63,098 bases of DNA, filler included, from Globobulimina sp. (GCA_003354225.1; 11 parts of 11 records of this genome joined end to end with filler, not necessarily neighbours in it), one strand, 5' to 3'. Numbered from the whole stretch's first letter, positions 37,901 to 51,730 are shown. The notes: generated by a model from the letters alone, not told the origin. Made by a program: numbers and translations.

Positions 37901-40152
37901 TATAAATAACAACGAGTTTGACGAAAATATGATTGGCCTTTGGACAAACTTTGTATTATTTGTCACCATTTGTGTGGCAATAATTGATCCGATCCCAGCA
38001 GCGGCAGAGGAATTATTTCAACGTTTAATACCTTTATTATCTATGGATCGCCCGGATGTTCAATTTATGGGTGCTCTGTCTTTAGGAAAAATCGATCCGA
38101 CCATGATTCTGACGCTAATGAAGTGTTTGGAGTCAATACAACATTCTGTTTTTTCACTGAGAAAAAAACCAAAGCACTTCATTCGATTACTGCACAATTT
38201 AGCATATATTTACAGATTTTTAGCGGAAGATGTTGATAAATCTACAATTTTACAGTCCGAGACCATTCGAGAGAGAATGATATCATTTGTTGAGAAAACA
38301 ATGAAGTTTATGGAGGAATTTCGTGCTAATTTACGCCCCGATTGTTTGACCATACGTATTCATTTTTGCATCATTGTTCGCAACTTATTAGAAAAATGGC
38401 CAACAATTTCAGCAACGCAAAATACGAAAGAAGGTTTGGATCCCATTCCGGAAAGATTGAGACGCCGCTTATTTGATTTTATGATTTCTTGGAGCGGCCA
38501 AAATCAAAGAAAAAATAACAATTTCACAACAACCACTAAATCAATCATTAAGCATAGAGGCTTACACTCTGATCATAGCCAATCAAACGTTAAGTTTTGA
38601 GGCATAGCTTCGAGGCAATAAACCTATAAAATGTTGTATTGCTTATTTAATTTTAGCAACAAAAGTTAGAATTTTCAGCATTGGCAGCCATTGCCGCATT
38701 GTTAAGAGGACAATCATTCGAATTAGAAATTGCAAGTTTGCGCGACGGCGTAGTATTTAAATGGATTCGTACTGTGGTAGCCTCTGAAGATCCGCAAGTT
38801 GCAATGTTAGGCTCATTAGCATTGCAATCCTATTTGTCATGTAATTATGAAAATGTTGAAGATTTTATCGAGGAATGCTATAATAATAACCATACAATCT
38901 CAAAAACCTTCTTTGTGGTTCTATGTCAAGTCTGGCTCAATGACCATTTTAATATAGCAAATGGTGTGTTGTTCCACTTAGCAATTTATAAAATGGGGGA
39001 TATATCAATGAGAGTAAGAAGTGCCGCGTTAAAAATTGGCAGGGAAATACCATGTTTAATACCTCCAGAACAAGCCATAAATACGCTCAATTTTATAATA
39101 TCTTCGCGATTGCCGGATTCCTATATTCCTGCTCAAGTTTAGTACCGCCATAAACTATGGAAATAAAACAAAAAACAAATTAATTACTTTAGGAGGAATT
39201 ATCCAGACAATTAGCTGGCGCATATCCATCATTATCAGCATCCATTATTCGCGAATTTGGTGACAGATTAAATGATGCAGAATTATGTCATGTTGGTGTC
39301 ATGTTAAATTATATGGTGCCATGGTTCAAAAATATTGACTTAAACGGTCCAAACGAGAACGTATTTGTAATGGATATTTTATTCCATGCAACCATTGATT
39401 ATGGCACACATTTTTCCCATCAAATCACCAATATTTGGAAAAATGGATTGACATTTAAACAAGACAATATTCCAATTGTTTTAAACTATGTATTACGAAG
39501 ATGTGAATGTGACATTGAGTATGATAAATGGGTCGCAATCGAAGCATCTAAACGTATCGCATTGTATTGTTCGCGAACCTGTAGAAAATATACCATTCAG
39601 CATTTAATACATATCATCAACAAATACTCCGCTGCTGATCAATTACTATCGGACGACGACAATGAGATTATGAATGATCAGTTGTTGCCGGAAGACCCAC
39701 GAACCAGTTTATCCACTCCGGCACCGCCACCGTACAAAATCAAAGCAAAAGCGCGTCAATGTTTCTCTCCTCTCAAATCGCCGAGGTTTAAAAGAGAGCA
39801 ATTACAAAATTTAGATGGCTCAGCCATTGTGTTTCAAGATGAAATAAAACAGAATTTGAAATTACTCAAACAATCGCAGAGAGCCATTGACGAAACTCCT
39901 TTTTATGAGTATGCCGATGATTTGCAATCTTTATGTGTCACAAAAGGTGACTATGCGTTAATGTTATTGGTTGAGTTAGCATATGAAATGGATATATCTG
40001 ACGATGATTTCACAGAGAATTTAGCATTGATGCTACATGTAGCCATTTTAGGATTGGATCATCCATTTCGATCACTTGGGGAGCACTGTAAACGATTATT
40101 GATGAATTTGGTCCATTCCATATACTTTCGAAAGAATAATCAGATTTTGAAT
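34987..40152 (+). CDS. Furry/Tao3 (MOR2-PAG1) family ARM-repeat morphogenesis protein, multi-exon, 3'-truncated
   Basis: LIDWR, LWCTLIGYLS, IIRGMRSIKL, LPLMMSALCV..ESFL, CLPRL, RRRLFDFMISWS, LAIYKMGD..VRSAA, YMVPWFKNI and LMLHVAILGLDH. Successive ORFs are separated by ~50-70-nt GT-AG introns. Confidence 0.8.
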
Positions 40153-40252
40153 NNNNNNNNNNNNNNNNNNNNNNNNNNNNNNNNNNNNNNNNNNNNTTAA
40201 TTAATTAANNNNNNNNNNNNNNNNNNNNNNNNNNNNNNNNNNNNNNNNNNNN

Positions 40253-41294
40253 CCCGACATTGAAGTCAGCATAGTTCCATCACTCAAATATATGACACAA
40301 ACAATATTATAATTAATATATTTGAATATAAACATATGAGGATTGCATACCGAGCAATTTCAAAGTATGGCTGGGCCGTTGCCCACAGCATGCGACTAAC
40401 CACAGCTATCGCAGACACATAAACGCACCAATTGATGACCACAGATCCAGTGGCCACACTATATTCCAATGCGGTGGCTAACTGCGCATAGGACACTGCA
40501 AAATAGCCATCAAACCACGCAGTACATTCACTGCTGGTCAGTGCCGCAGAGGATAAAACTGGAAGATATAATACAATGCAATCGATTAATACGGCCAATG
40601 CATATGCTGTAAATAGCCGGCTTGGCCGGAATTTAATTTCATGCACGAGGTTGCCTAAGGATTCAAAGCCTGAAAATTCCCAAATGCAGGTTGTCACTGC
40701 GAGGGCCCAGTTATGTGAACATGGCATCCATTGCTCCGAAGGATTGATGGCTGGTAAGCTCCATACAAATGCTACAAAGAATGGTAAAATCATCGCAACG
40801 CATAAAAATGATGTGATATGAGCTATTACCGGGAAACTGAATATGTTCAATATCAATCCAGATAAAATGACGGATAGTTTAATGAAATATGTTGCGATGG
40901 TCGATAGTGGGCCTGTTATTGTGGTTAAATATTCTATCAATATTATTGGCAGAGCGGCGGTGTTTAATGCCCAAAATATGACAACATTCGCTGCGTTTAT
41001 ATAACCAATGAAATCGCCAATGGCTGGACTGAGTTTATAAAATGCTCGGTAGCCCCATACTATTTGTCCGTGTCTTGATGGCATTAAACCCGATAATTCA
41101 GATGAGATTAATGCGATTGGCAACGCGTAGAATAATGCAAATAATGTAATCAACAACAGAGTGTAACCCACACCAACTGCGATGACAGCATATTCAAAGC
41201 CGAATGGACCTGCTGAGGTCAAGAGAAAAGTCGTCCATACAAACTGAAAATACGACAACTTGTTCGGCCTCTCAACACGCGTTGATTCTTCCAT
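40253..41294 (-). CDS. APC-superfamily amino-acid/polyamine permease (PUT-like), 3'-truncated
   Basis: SAGPFGFE, PIALISSEL, WEFSGFESLGNLVHEI and SRMLWA motifs; multiple TM segments. Confidence 0.85.
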
Positions 41295-41356
41295 ATGATG
41301 ATTAAGAGTTTTTTTTAGTAGTAAAAAACAATAAAATTAAAATAACCAAAAACGAG

Positions 41357-44300
41357 TCAATGCATTTCTTTGTAATTCTGTTGCAATCTTTGTTTCCGTA
41401 AATTATATTCATTTTGTTCCCATTTATTTCTTGCTTCATCGCCATGTCTTTGATGATGTTGCTGTTGCAAAGAAAATGATTCATTGTCAATTGTTAATGG
41501 CACTGATTTATAATTATTCTCGTCATAAACATCATAATTACTTTCTATGTCTGGTGTTTGCCTTATATTTTGCAGAATATTCGCTGTTTCATCAACAATA
41601 TTTACTGTACTTCCATCATCAAATACAAATCCATGTTCATTTTCCTTCTCTGCTTCATTTTCATTATTTTGCTTATCAATAATTTCTGAATGGTTATCAT
41701 CGTCATCGTCATCGTCAGATTCCGAGTCTTCATTTTCAAGTTGAACTTCTTGAGCACAGTGTTGAAGGAAATAAATAGTTTGTTTATGGCCTATAAATGG
41801 AAATATTCTCTGCATGTCGTGTTTATTCATATTGGCTATCTCTCGAATTGCAATATTTGCTTTTAATATTCTTTGCGCCGACAATGGATTCAATGATGGA
41901 AATGAACATAGAAACCTCTCTAAATACGATTCATATTCATTTAAATATCCATTTACAATCAGTACTTGATCCATATCCAGATCCATATCCATATCATTAT
42001 TAATATTCTCATTCCATTCTGTTTTGCAATCATCATTACAATCATTACAATCATCGCTTTGTCGCACAATATTAATATGAACAATTTCTTTTTTTAGAAT
42101 GTTTACCAAACTTGGAATTAATGTTTGTTTCAAATTAAATGTCATTAAATGTTGAATTATTGGAATCAATGCATTATTATTATCATATTTGACGGTCATC
42201 AAATACTTAATAAATATTTTCTGCATTTTCTGCACCGATTCATACTTAATTGTGTTAATATTAATATTGACTTGATTTTTATGTTTGGGATAGGCAGTGA
42301 TTAGATATATTTTTTTATATTTTGGGAAAATGGCCGTTAATCTTTTAATAAACTCTTTAGACTCATTCAGCCATTCATTGATCTCACGAACTTGCTGCGG
42401 CAATAAAGACATCTCATAAATAACAATGGCCGCATCACATTTAATTATGAAATCTTCCATTGCTAATTTACGATTTATGGATAAAATATTACTTTTTATT
42501 AACTCGTTGTTGATTGATTTCCATTTGTTGTTTACAATTATCTTTATCTTATTTGCTAATTTATATTCGCCAAACTCAAACCTATCCAAATTATTGCTTG
42601 CAATGTGGCATAAATCGCGGGATAATTGTTCAGAGACTAAATTCATTGCAAACCTCTGTTCCATGCTGCATTGCAACACAATTATTTCAATATTTTCATT
42701 AAATCTATGGAAGTGTTTGCCAATTTCATTTTTAATATGTTGAGAATAAACAATTATTCTTGCAATCGATTTAATAAATTTCTCTTTAATATCAATATCT
42801 GAATCTGATGTTTTTTGCGCTAAAATAGTGGATAAAATATCAGCAGTGGTGGCCATACACCATGTTTTATTAACATCTGAATTCTCAAATCCCTCCAAAA
42901 CCGAAAATTCATTCCCAAGTCCTTCCAAATTCATATATTTCTCCATTATCTTCAACAAAGTAAAATGTTTCACCACTATTAACATCGGAGGTGCTTTTCT
43001 CAACATTTCCTTGTTGTTTTTATTGTGTTCCTCTGTCCATTCCGTCAAAACCAATGATGTAATTTCTGCAATTCTTTTCATTTTGGGATGGTCGGCAATT
43101 TGTTTCCGGATCACAGCACTCATACTTTGCTTCAATGAGTGCTCAATGGTCGGCGCAATGCTTTCGCGAGAAATCCAATTCCGATCTAACAACGCTTTGT
43201 ACACAGAGTCGCAGTATAAATGTTTGAAGAACACCAATGCCAAAGTCAAGGAAGAGTCGATGATAATGCTTCGTAAATGAATTAAAACGTACGCTGTAAA
43301 TAATAATTGCAATTTTGTGGTTTCATTGGATCGCTGTTCTGTTCCTTTGTACATATGAACTTGACGGCATTTTGAGATTTGATCGGTTAATAATTTGGAA
43401 ATAATGTCACAGGATAAAGTTATAAAATTATATTCCAATTTGAATCCATTGATTCGTTTATTGTGCAACTCATAAAATACTGCGTTGCTTAAATATGACA
43501 ATGTCTCTAAAATATCTTTTTGTGATTCTTCCAAGGTTAAGTTTATTAAAATGTGTTTTTGTTTCATTTTATTTACCGATTCGATGCTTTCTCTGTGTTG
43601 GATGAACGAATTATTTTTGTTTGGCGTGGACATAGCCATCATTTCATTTGTTAATTGTGATGAGGACAAACGACGCATTCTTCGTTGTGGCAAATTGGAG
43701 GCATTTGTGGTTGTATCTGGATTTGAATTTGTATTTGTTTGTTTTTCTACAATTTGTGGTTGTGTTTTTTGTTTTTTTTGAAGAGGTGGTGGTGGCGATG
43801 GTGATATTTCTGTTTCTTTTTCTATTTCTTCTGGATTTGGTCGTTTATTTCCTGATAATTGACCATTACACTCAGGAATGGTTGTATTATCATCGCTATT
43901 TTCATTGTTTTCTTTATGAATTTGCGGTTGTGGCGGTATTGGCGCTCTCTTTTGGATTCTATTTGTGATTTATATGTAATATGAAAATGAATGTACACAA
44001 AATAAATGATTTAACTTTTTTAGATTTTTGGCAATATCAACAAATGAAACTGGCGAACTAAATTGGTGATTCTCATTAAGTTTTATCTGTGGGATTTCAT
44101 TTACATTCGAAGCATATGTTTTTTCTTCCGATTCATTTCTGATTTTATTGATTTGATTGAATGGTTTTAATGATATCAACGAATGATTGCAATCAAATAT
44201 TTCTTTCAATGGGTTCAAACCGTTCACATCTTCCTGAACTTCAGCTGTTTTTTTTTTGTCAGTCAGTTAAAAAAAAAAAAAAAAAAAGAAAGTTTAAAAA

Positions 44301-45578
44301 AACTTGTTTTTAATAAATTGTCGGTATCTTTGCTTAGATTTTCCTCATTAATTTGATTTGTATTTTGTTTGAATTCCATTTCTTTGTCTTTATTATTTAT
44401 TGTTTGATCAATTGGATTGCCGTTTATTTCTTGAATATTATCTTCATTTTCTGTTTTATTATGATTATCATCGCCGATGTAATCCGGAAACATTATATTA
44501 TGAAATAAATCAGTCGTATTTTCATACAATTTTTGATTTTTTGCATTAATATGTTGGTCAAAGCATACACTATGTTCTGTGTAGTAACAATTTTAAAACA
44601 AAATTAAAATATATAAATATTTACAAACCGAGTGCGTTGCCACAAATATTGTGAATATTGAAATTTTGTGATGATTTATTAAATATATTTGTGGTTAATT
44701 CATTTTGTAAATGTAAATGCAAATCAATATCATTTAAACTTTTTATATAATTGCTATGTTTTTTAGTTTCAAAATTCTGAATATAATTTTTAATATTTTC
44801 TTCAATTTGTTGAGTGGCATTTTTATTAAAACATAAATTCATTTTTAAATCTTCTTTTTGCTGCACAAATAATTCATTATCAATGGAATCACTGTCAACA
44901 AACATAAAGAATAAAGAATAAACAATAAAAATAAAAATATAAATAACTTGAAACTGGGCAAAGCGGATTTTATTTCTTGTTGTAAATTTTGTTTTTGTTT
45001 ATATTCATCGTGAAAATTTTCATTTTGAAATGCATATTTAATTAAAGGCGATACATGTTTCCATAGCTCATTCTCATCAGTTTTAACATCGTCATTGTGA
45101 TTATTATTATTTCTATTTATAACTGAATGGAATGGATCCAATTCAGATAAATTTGGCATTTTAAATGGATTAATCAGTTGATTGGATGCAATGTGTTGTT
45201 CTGTCAACGGACTATGTTTAAGTAATTGGTATTTGTCATCTTTTTCTTTGTTGGTTCTTTTTAAAGGCTCAATCTCAAAAAACCTATTTTGCTCATATTT
45301 TGTTTGAAATATTTAAAAAAATAAAGGAAAATATAATTGATATACTTTTTTCGTGTCAAATTGATTGCTTTTATTGATTTTGGATCAATTAATAATCGGA
45401 GGTTCTCATTTTCTGTATTTATTTCAGTGCATTTTGATACTAAATCTTTACAAACTGAATTTGTACGATTTTCCATTTCTTCATCTTCAGATTCAAGATC
45501 AATCTCAAATAGATACTCATTAACAAATGATTGGATTGATTTCCTCAAATCATTGTCTTTTCTTTCTTTTCTGCTCAT
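41357..45578 (-). CDS. SHOC1/Zip2-like XPF-family meiotic crossover protein, multi-exon
   Basis: DHPK motif, degenerate XPF-like region (RKLAMEDFII...AIVIY) and HhH-like E.FLCSFPSLNPLSAQRIL. Upstream minus-strand ORFs (45578, 45207, 44905, 44529, 44227) look like exons. Confidence 0.65.
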
Positions 45579-46047
45579 TTGTCGAGACGGTTGCCAAATA
45601 ATTTGAAAACTTTTTCAAGTCCAAGTTTTTTTGGTTGGTCAACCTAATTAAAATAAACTAACATGATCTCAACACAGTTGGCGTGGCATCAAATTCTAAA
45701 CTTCTCTCTCTGTCATTACATACATGATATGTACAGTTTGTTTTGTATTTCCAAACATAAAGATAATAGTTTTGGATTATAGTCGCTTGTTGCTCCAAAT
45801 CAAAATCGAAAAAGTGTTTCCCATTGTCTATACAATCGGATAATTGACCATATTCATAATTGGATTGTTTAGGTGCTCCAATTCTAATTAANNNNNNNNN
45901 NNNNNNNNNNNNNNNNNNNNNNNNNNNNNNNNNNNTTAATTAATTAANNNNNNNNNNNNNNNNNNNNNNNNNNNNNNNNNNNNNNNNNNNNAAGTGCGTT
46001 ATAATAAATAATAAAATGTACAAAAGATTTTAATAAATAAACAATGA

Positions 46048-47716
46048 TTACAAATCACCACAAATAGAAGAGATTCTCCTCTGTAATTGTGGAGCTGGTT
46101 TACTTTCATCAATATCTGTATATATCTTTGAAGGGAGATCGCTCATTACATCCAAATAGGTCATCATAAATTGTTGCTGAGCCGGATTCTCTTTCATTTC
46201 AACCAATGAACCATATAAAGCAAGTGTTGTATTTCTATATTTATCATTATTCTCAACCACATCCTTGATCGCTGCACATAAATCATCTATAAATTTTTTT
46301 GATCCATTTTGATTTATACCTGTCACACACAAATGTGTACACGGCGGATCCCTACAATTATCCAATGACCATCCAAACTGCTGCATTGCTTCACTGATCT
46401 GATAAACATGCATAGTTTTAACCAGTTTTTCCCTCAATCGCCACGCAATAACGCTCGCTTTGGGATTCCCGATAATTTCAATATATTTATTAATCTTCTC
46501 ATTATTCACAATCTCTGATTTTATAAAATCAACAGCTTTCATAATCTTTGTCGCTTCGTACATATAACCTTTTTCTCCTAAATGCATCATTACCGTCCAT
46601 GCGCATGCAATCACAGCGCCATTCCGCGAGCCTTGAATAGTCGGCGTACAATATAGGCCAATTGTACTTTTTTTGCAGAAAAAATACGCAAAACGCCGAA
46701 TCTCTGCAGATTTAAACATCAACACCGAAGTGCCTTTGGTAGCAAATCCAAATTTATGCGTATCACATGAAATGGTCGTAACTCCATTACATCTCCAGTC
46801 GAATCTGGGTATATCTGATTTATACCCATCCATTCTGGCTATGGTTGGCAATAAAAAACTGCCTAAACAGCAATCCACATGAAATGGTATATCATATTTC
46901 AATGCAATTTCTGCAATTTGTGGAATATCATCAATTATTCCATGTGCATAATCTGGCGCACTCGCTACAATTCCGATGGTGTTGTTATTGATTGCTTTGC
47001 TAATTGCTTTTAAATCGGATTTGAATGTAACAGGATCGACATCGACTAAAACCACTTTAATCTCATACATTTCACATGCTTTATGGAACGCAGCATGAGC
47101 TGTTTTAGCCATAATTAACTCCGCTGCGGCTGCACAATTTTTTTTGTTAATAAATATATTTTTGAAGGTCCGGACAGCCACAGCTATTGATTCGGTGCCA
47201 CCGGATGTTATTAAACCGCATTGTTTGTATGGATCGCCATTGAAATAAGAGATTGTCATTGCTATGACTTCAGCCATCATTTTACGGACAAATGGGAAGA
47301 TGGTGGGATGCAATGGATTACTGAGTGTAAAGAGTGCATTCACTTTGTTTTGTAAGTCGATAAGTTGCTTTCCGCCATGATATATTCCACCCGATAAGTA
47401 GCCGCCATCTCCATTCCATTGTTTTGTTTCATAATCACTCCATTCTTCAAGTTGAGATAGCAATTCTTGCTCAGATGTGGAAGATGAAGGTAACTCATAG
47501 TTTATCTTTGTATGTGTTGTGGCTGAATACATCATCTGTTGCAATGCTGCCTGCAGTAGATTTGAAGTCGCCGCATCCGATGTCGCTTCAAACACTATAT
47601 CACAATATAACATTACAAATTGATTTGATTATAAGCAGACTTCTAACATACTCCGTCCAGTTGTTTTGTGTTCCTCTGTCTCCTCATTTGATTTGCTATG
47701 CACATTACGTTCCATG
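46048..47716 (-). CDS. SGPL1: Sphingosine-1-phosphate lyase (PLP-dependent); start uncertain, probable 5' exon from 47716
   Basis: SGGIYHG, SNPLHP.IFP..RKM.AEVI, TSGGTESI, AHAAFHKA, HVDCCLGSF, SCDTHKFG and GSRNG. Confidence 0.9.
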
Positions 47717-47842
47717 ACGCCCAGTTAATTATTAGTTGATGCTTGAATTTCTCTGATGTTCATTTTGAAAACAAAAAAACAATATTTCTGACTTGTTTTC
47801 AAGAATGCATATGGTTTCAATTAATTGTCAGATGACATTTAT

Positions 47843-49126
47843 TTAAAGATCTCCTTTAATTGGATAAGTTTGTCCAATCTGCGCACAAATACACTTAAAA
47901 TATGCAGTTTGTTGAGGCATTCGATGTTGAAGCCTCAAACCACTGAATTGTTTCTTCCTTTTCATCCATTTTACCATCTCCTTTTTATCTGGCAAATATT
48001 TTGAACTCCACACTGTCTCATTATCCTTCTCTGTGTACGCCAAATCAGTTAATATTTTAGCAATCCATATGCATTGATAATAAGCATACAAAAACGGAGC
48101 AACTCCATGATTTATTCCAGGAAAAAATATGCTCGGTAAATGGCAATATATCATATGTTGATATAACCCGTTTATTGCCTGCCCATTGCAATGAAAACCA
48201 TTCCTTGTTTTGATTAAACAGTGTTGTGTAAATTCGTCGCTATTTAAGAATGAATGATTATGTAAATAACCCGTACAAAATATCACTAAATCTGGGTAAA
48301 TAATAATCCCATCATCAAATTCAATCGTTTTTTCAGTAAATTGCTTTATAAAACACTTCAACACAAAATCCTTTTTAGATCCATGATTATAAATTGAATG
48401 TACCACTTGATATATTTTGAGATTATTACATTTTGCGAAGATCTCGTTGCCAATATCCCGGCCTGATGCTCCTGCACCGACTATCACAATAATTTTATTG
48501 TCAAATAATTCATTTTTTGGTTCTCTATAACAACGACTGTGGAAGTATGGTATCTGAGTTGTTTCCAGTCCTTCGAATGAAGGAATATATTGCTCAATAA
48601 AGTGGCCATTACAAACAATGACAGTGTCAAAGAATTCATGTTTTATTTCATTACGCATTATATCGTGATATGTGACAATCCATTGAGGAAATCTGCTCTT
48701 CAGATTATCATTTTTATGATGAAGTTTGCCCATATTTGGTGGTGTTATGTTTTGTATTTTATGCTTGAATTTTATATATTTTATAAGATCAAACTGTTTC
48801 GCAAAATATTTAATGTATTCCAAAATGAATGAATGGTGCGGATGAACCTCTTTACATTCAGTCTCAAAATCTAAATCTGGAAAATGCATTAGCTGTCGAT
48901 GGATATTGGTGGTCATATTCATGTATAAAGGATTCGGGTATTTGGGATCTGGCTCATAGTTCCAAATACCACCGATACGTGAGGTTGCCTCAAATATAGT
49001 GACATTGCTCAAACTATTTTTTATCAAATGCCGGGTAACACATAATCCATTAACACCAGCACCAATCACACAAATTTTAATGTCAATATCATTTTTAGTC
49101 TCATCCGTAATCGTGGACATGATCAA
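47843..49126 (-). CDS. Flavin-containing monooxygenase
   Basis: GAGVNG (FAD), GGIW, VCNGH, FHSRCYR fingerprint, VGAGASGRDI (NADPH) and FCTGY. Confidence 0.92.
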   Translation of the reverse strand: MIMSTITDETKNDIDIKICVIGAGVNGLCVTRHLIKNSLSNVTIFEATSRIGGIWNYEPDPKYPNPLYMNMTTNIHRQLMHFPDLDFETECKEVHPHHSFILEYIKYFAKQFDLIKYIKFKHKIQNITPPNMGKLHHKNDNLKSRFPQWIVTYHDIMRNEIKHEFFDTVIVCNGHFIEQYIPSFEGLETTQIPYFHSRCYREPKNELFDNKIIVIVGAGASGRDIGNEIFAKCNNLKIYQVVHSIYNHGSKKDFVLKCFIKQFTEKTIEFDDGIIIYPDLVIFCTGYLHNHSFLNSDEFTQHCLIKTRNGFHCNGQAINGLYQHMIYCHLPSIFFPGINHGVAPFLYAYYQCIWIAKILTDLAYTEKDNETVWSSKYLPDKKEMVKWMKRKKQFSGLRLQHRMPQQTAYFKCICAQIGQTYPIKGDL

Positions 49127-49342
49127 CTAACTGACTGAATTTCGTGAAAACTCCCAAAATCTCTCTTTTTTTTGAACTAAATTACGTTTATTATCAGCAA
49201 AAAAAAACACAAACAGTCGATATATATATAATATATTTATAACAACAATCACCACTAAAAGTACAAAAACAAAAAAACAAAACAAAAAAAAAAGCTCGAC
49301 TACTGTTCGAAAACATTATCTAATACAACAAAGATAACACGG

Positions 49343-51625
49343 TTATCTTGTTGCAAATTTATGAATAGTATTTTTTAATTGTGTCTGTTTATCAAATGGT
49401 GCGTTTTTTAATTGTATTTTCAACCAATTTATAGATTTTTTATCAGATTCATTCATTCGTAATTGCTTAAAAATATATCTCCGTATTTTCTGATAATCAT
49501 AAATGTACGAAAACGCTAAACATACAAAATTAATCAATTCAGGATAATGTCGTCTCAATTCGAGAAATGCATTGCACGACAAATCAACAAATGTATTATA
49601 ATTGTGTTTGCCCACTAACTCATGAAAGTTTTTTGTAATTCCAAATTTATTCGCATCTAATCCTGTTATGGTGTCCCCCAAAACATAATTCATATCAATA
49701 TGGAATAACGTACAATCCGTTGTACGTATTAATATATTATCAAAATGTCGATCTCGAACACCCATTATATACGACGCTATATACGAACCAGCTGCTGTCG
49801 AAATTAGATTTGTGCACAGCTTTTCTTTGAATTTCAACCGGTCTTTCAATGATAATACATCTCGCAACGGAATACAATCTGGGATCAATTCAATACATCC
49901 AAACAGTTTACCCATTGGTATCACATTGTAGGTCAAACATTTGACTCCATTCAATTGCTTTATATTACAAAACAAATGATTTATCCATTTAAGCACCAAC
50001 ATGCAACTTTTGTCCTTCCTCAAATCGTCACCGTACTTTAATATGCAAGTTGAGGATAAAAACTCCACATTCCCTTTATCCGTCGCATAACAATCAATAA
50101 GTAATGGTTTGCTGTTTGAATTTATGATTTTCTTTACAAATATCCTGCGTAATGGAGATGATAATTGCTTGACGGGATCGCGTAAGATCGTATTCACTCC
50201 AATGATAAAGCAATCATTGTCACGCAACTGTTTTCGTGAAGCAATATCATACCAAAACGCAACTGCATCCTTCGGACTGTCGCCATTATCTTCTTTGGTA
50301 TCATCAGTAAGATCTACATCACCGTCAGCGCACAACCCCTCAAATACAGACTTTACACACATAATATCGCTATATGCTGAAATAAAGAATCTCACTGCTT
50401 GTCTCAGATGGGATTGCCCCACAATTCTATCACGCAATTTATGCAATAGTTTGAGTCTCCATTCAAGCGCATCACACTGACACACTGTGAACGCTATCAA
50501 TGGTAAAAAGTGGCATAATACATCACAACGCGCATTGATGATGGTATCAACTACGTCGCCATTCCTATCATCTGTACACTTTAATATCTCCAGCAAAATA
50601 GACTCATGTTTCTGCACAGACTCTTCATATATTTGCAAGGAAACACGTGGATGTTTCCAACGTTGTTGTAACTCTGCATAAACCTGCGAAGCGAATGAGA
50701 AATTAGTTGGCGATGAGGTTGTATTGCCAGTCTTATTATGCTGTGTCTGTGACGATAATATCTTATGTTTTTCTGCTGGTAATTTATACAAAGTTATCCG
50801 ACGCGATGGTGGAGCTAGAAAGGTATCATTTGTTTGTTTATAGTTTGCTGATAAGGGACTGCTTATTAATGGACTGGTTATACTCTGTTTCATTAAACTG
50901 TTGTCCGTAGGCAATGATATGGAGACTGCTGATGATTGCCAAGGCTTTGAAATTGAGAGTTGATGTTTGTGTCTTTTACTCTTTGTTAGTTTGAGCTGAT
51001 TCTTATGTTTGTATGAAGAGAAAAACGAGTTGGATAAATTGCGGCGTTTGTTATGTTTTGATTGTTTCCCAGTTATTAATATAGATTTTGTCCTACGACT
51101 TTTAGCTTTTCTTTTTTTTAATGGTTTTGGAGGTTTTGATGCTGATTTGGTACTTTTGGTGGCGTTGAAGAATGAAGATGTTTTTTTACTGTTTCTTGAT
51201 TTGTGTGGTCTGGCTGCAGCAACTTCAAATAATTCATTTAAGGGAGTGTTTGGCGATTTGACTTTTTTTGATGTGAAGAACATGTTAGATATGTGACGAG
51301 ATTTTGAGTTTGGTTTTGATTTCGATCGATTGACTCTTGTACGTTTTGTAGATTTGGCTGTGTAGAGCGGTTTATTTCTACCAAGTTTTGGGACAGATTT
51401 ACTACGTTTGGATGATGATGATGGTGGAATTGATAGCGGCGATAAAGTTAAATTGGTTGGTTTTAATTTTGATTTTGATGGTTTGGGAATGGCTCTTGGA
51501 GTTAAACATAATTCACAGTTGGCACAATTATTTTGATTGAGATATGTACATATTGTACATGCCCATTCTGATCCTATTAATGGTGTAGGTGGTAATGAAT
51601 ATGATTGCGAGTCAGATTTATTCAT
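49343..51625 (-). CDS. PI3/PI4-kinase-family protein with N-terminal RanBP2-type zinc finger and a long basic disordered linker
   Basis: WACTICTYLN....NCELC; NSNSKPL, LKYGDDLRKD, YNVIP, GCIEL, YIMGVRDRHFDNIL and FHIDMNY. Confidence 0.85.
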   Translation of the reverse strand: MNKSDSQSYSLPPTPLIGSEWACTICTYLNQNNCANCELCLTPRAIPKPSKSKLKPTNLTLSPLSIPPSSSSKRSKSVPKLGRNKPLYTAKSTKRTRVNRSKSKPNSKSRHISNMFFTSKKVKSPNTPLNELFEVAAARPHKSRNSKKTSSFFNATKSTKSASKPPKPLKKRKAKSRRTKSILITGKQSKHNKRRNLSNSFFSSYKHKNQLKLTKSKRHKHQLSISKPWQSSAVSISLPTDNSLMKQSITSPLISSPLSANYKQTNDTFLAPPSRRITLYKLPAEKHKILSSQTQHNKTGNTTSSPTNFSFASQVYAELQQRWKHPRVSLQIYEESVQKHESILLEILKCTDDRNGDVVDTIINARCDVLCHFLPLIAFTVCQCDALEWRLKLLHKLRDRIVGQSHLRQAVRFFISAYSDIMCVKSVFEGLCADGDVDLTDDTKEDNGDSPKDAVAFWYDIASRKQLRDNDCFIIGVNTILRDPVKQLSSPLRRIFVKKIINSNSKPLLIDCYATDKGNVEFLSSTCILKYGDDLRKDKSCMLVLKWINHLFCNIKQLNGVKCLTYNVIPMGKLFGCIELIPDCIPLRDVLSLKDRLKFKEKLCTNLISTAAGSYIASYIMGVRDRHFDNILIRTTDCTLFHIDMNYVLGDTITGLDANKFGITKNFHELVGKHNYNTFVDLSCNAFLELRRHYPELINFVCLAFSYIYDYQKIRRYIFKQLRMNESDKKSINWLKIQLKNAPFDKQTQLKNTIHKFATR

Positions 51626-51730
51626 ATAACNNNNNNNNNNNNNNNNNNNNNNNNNNNNNNNNNNNNNNNNNNNNTTAATTAATTAANNNNNNNNNNNNNN
51701 NNNNNNNNNNNNNNNNNNNNNNNNNNNNNN

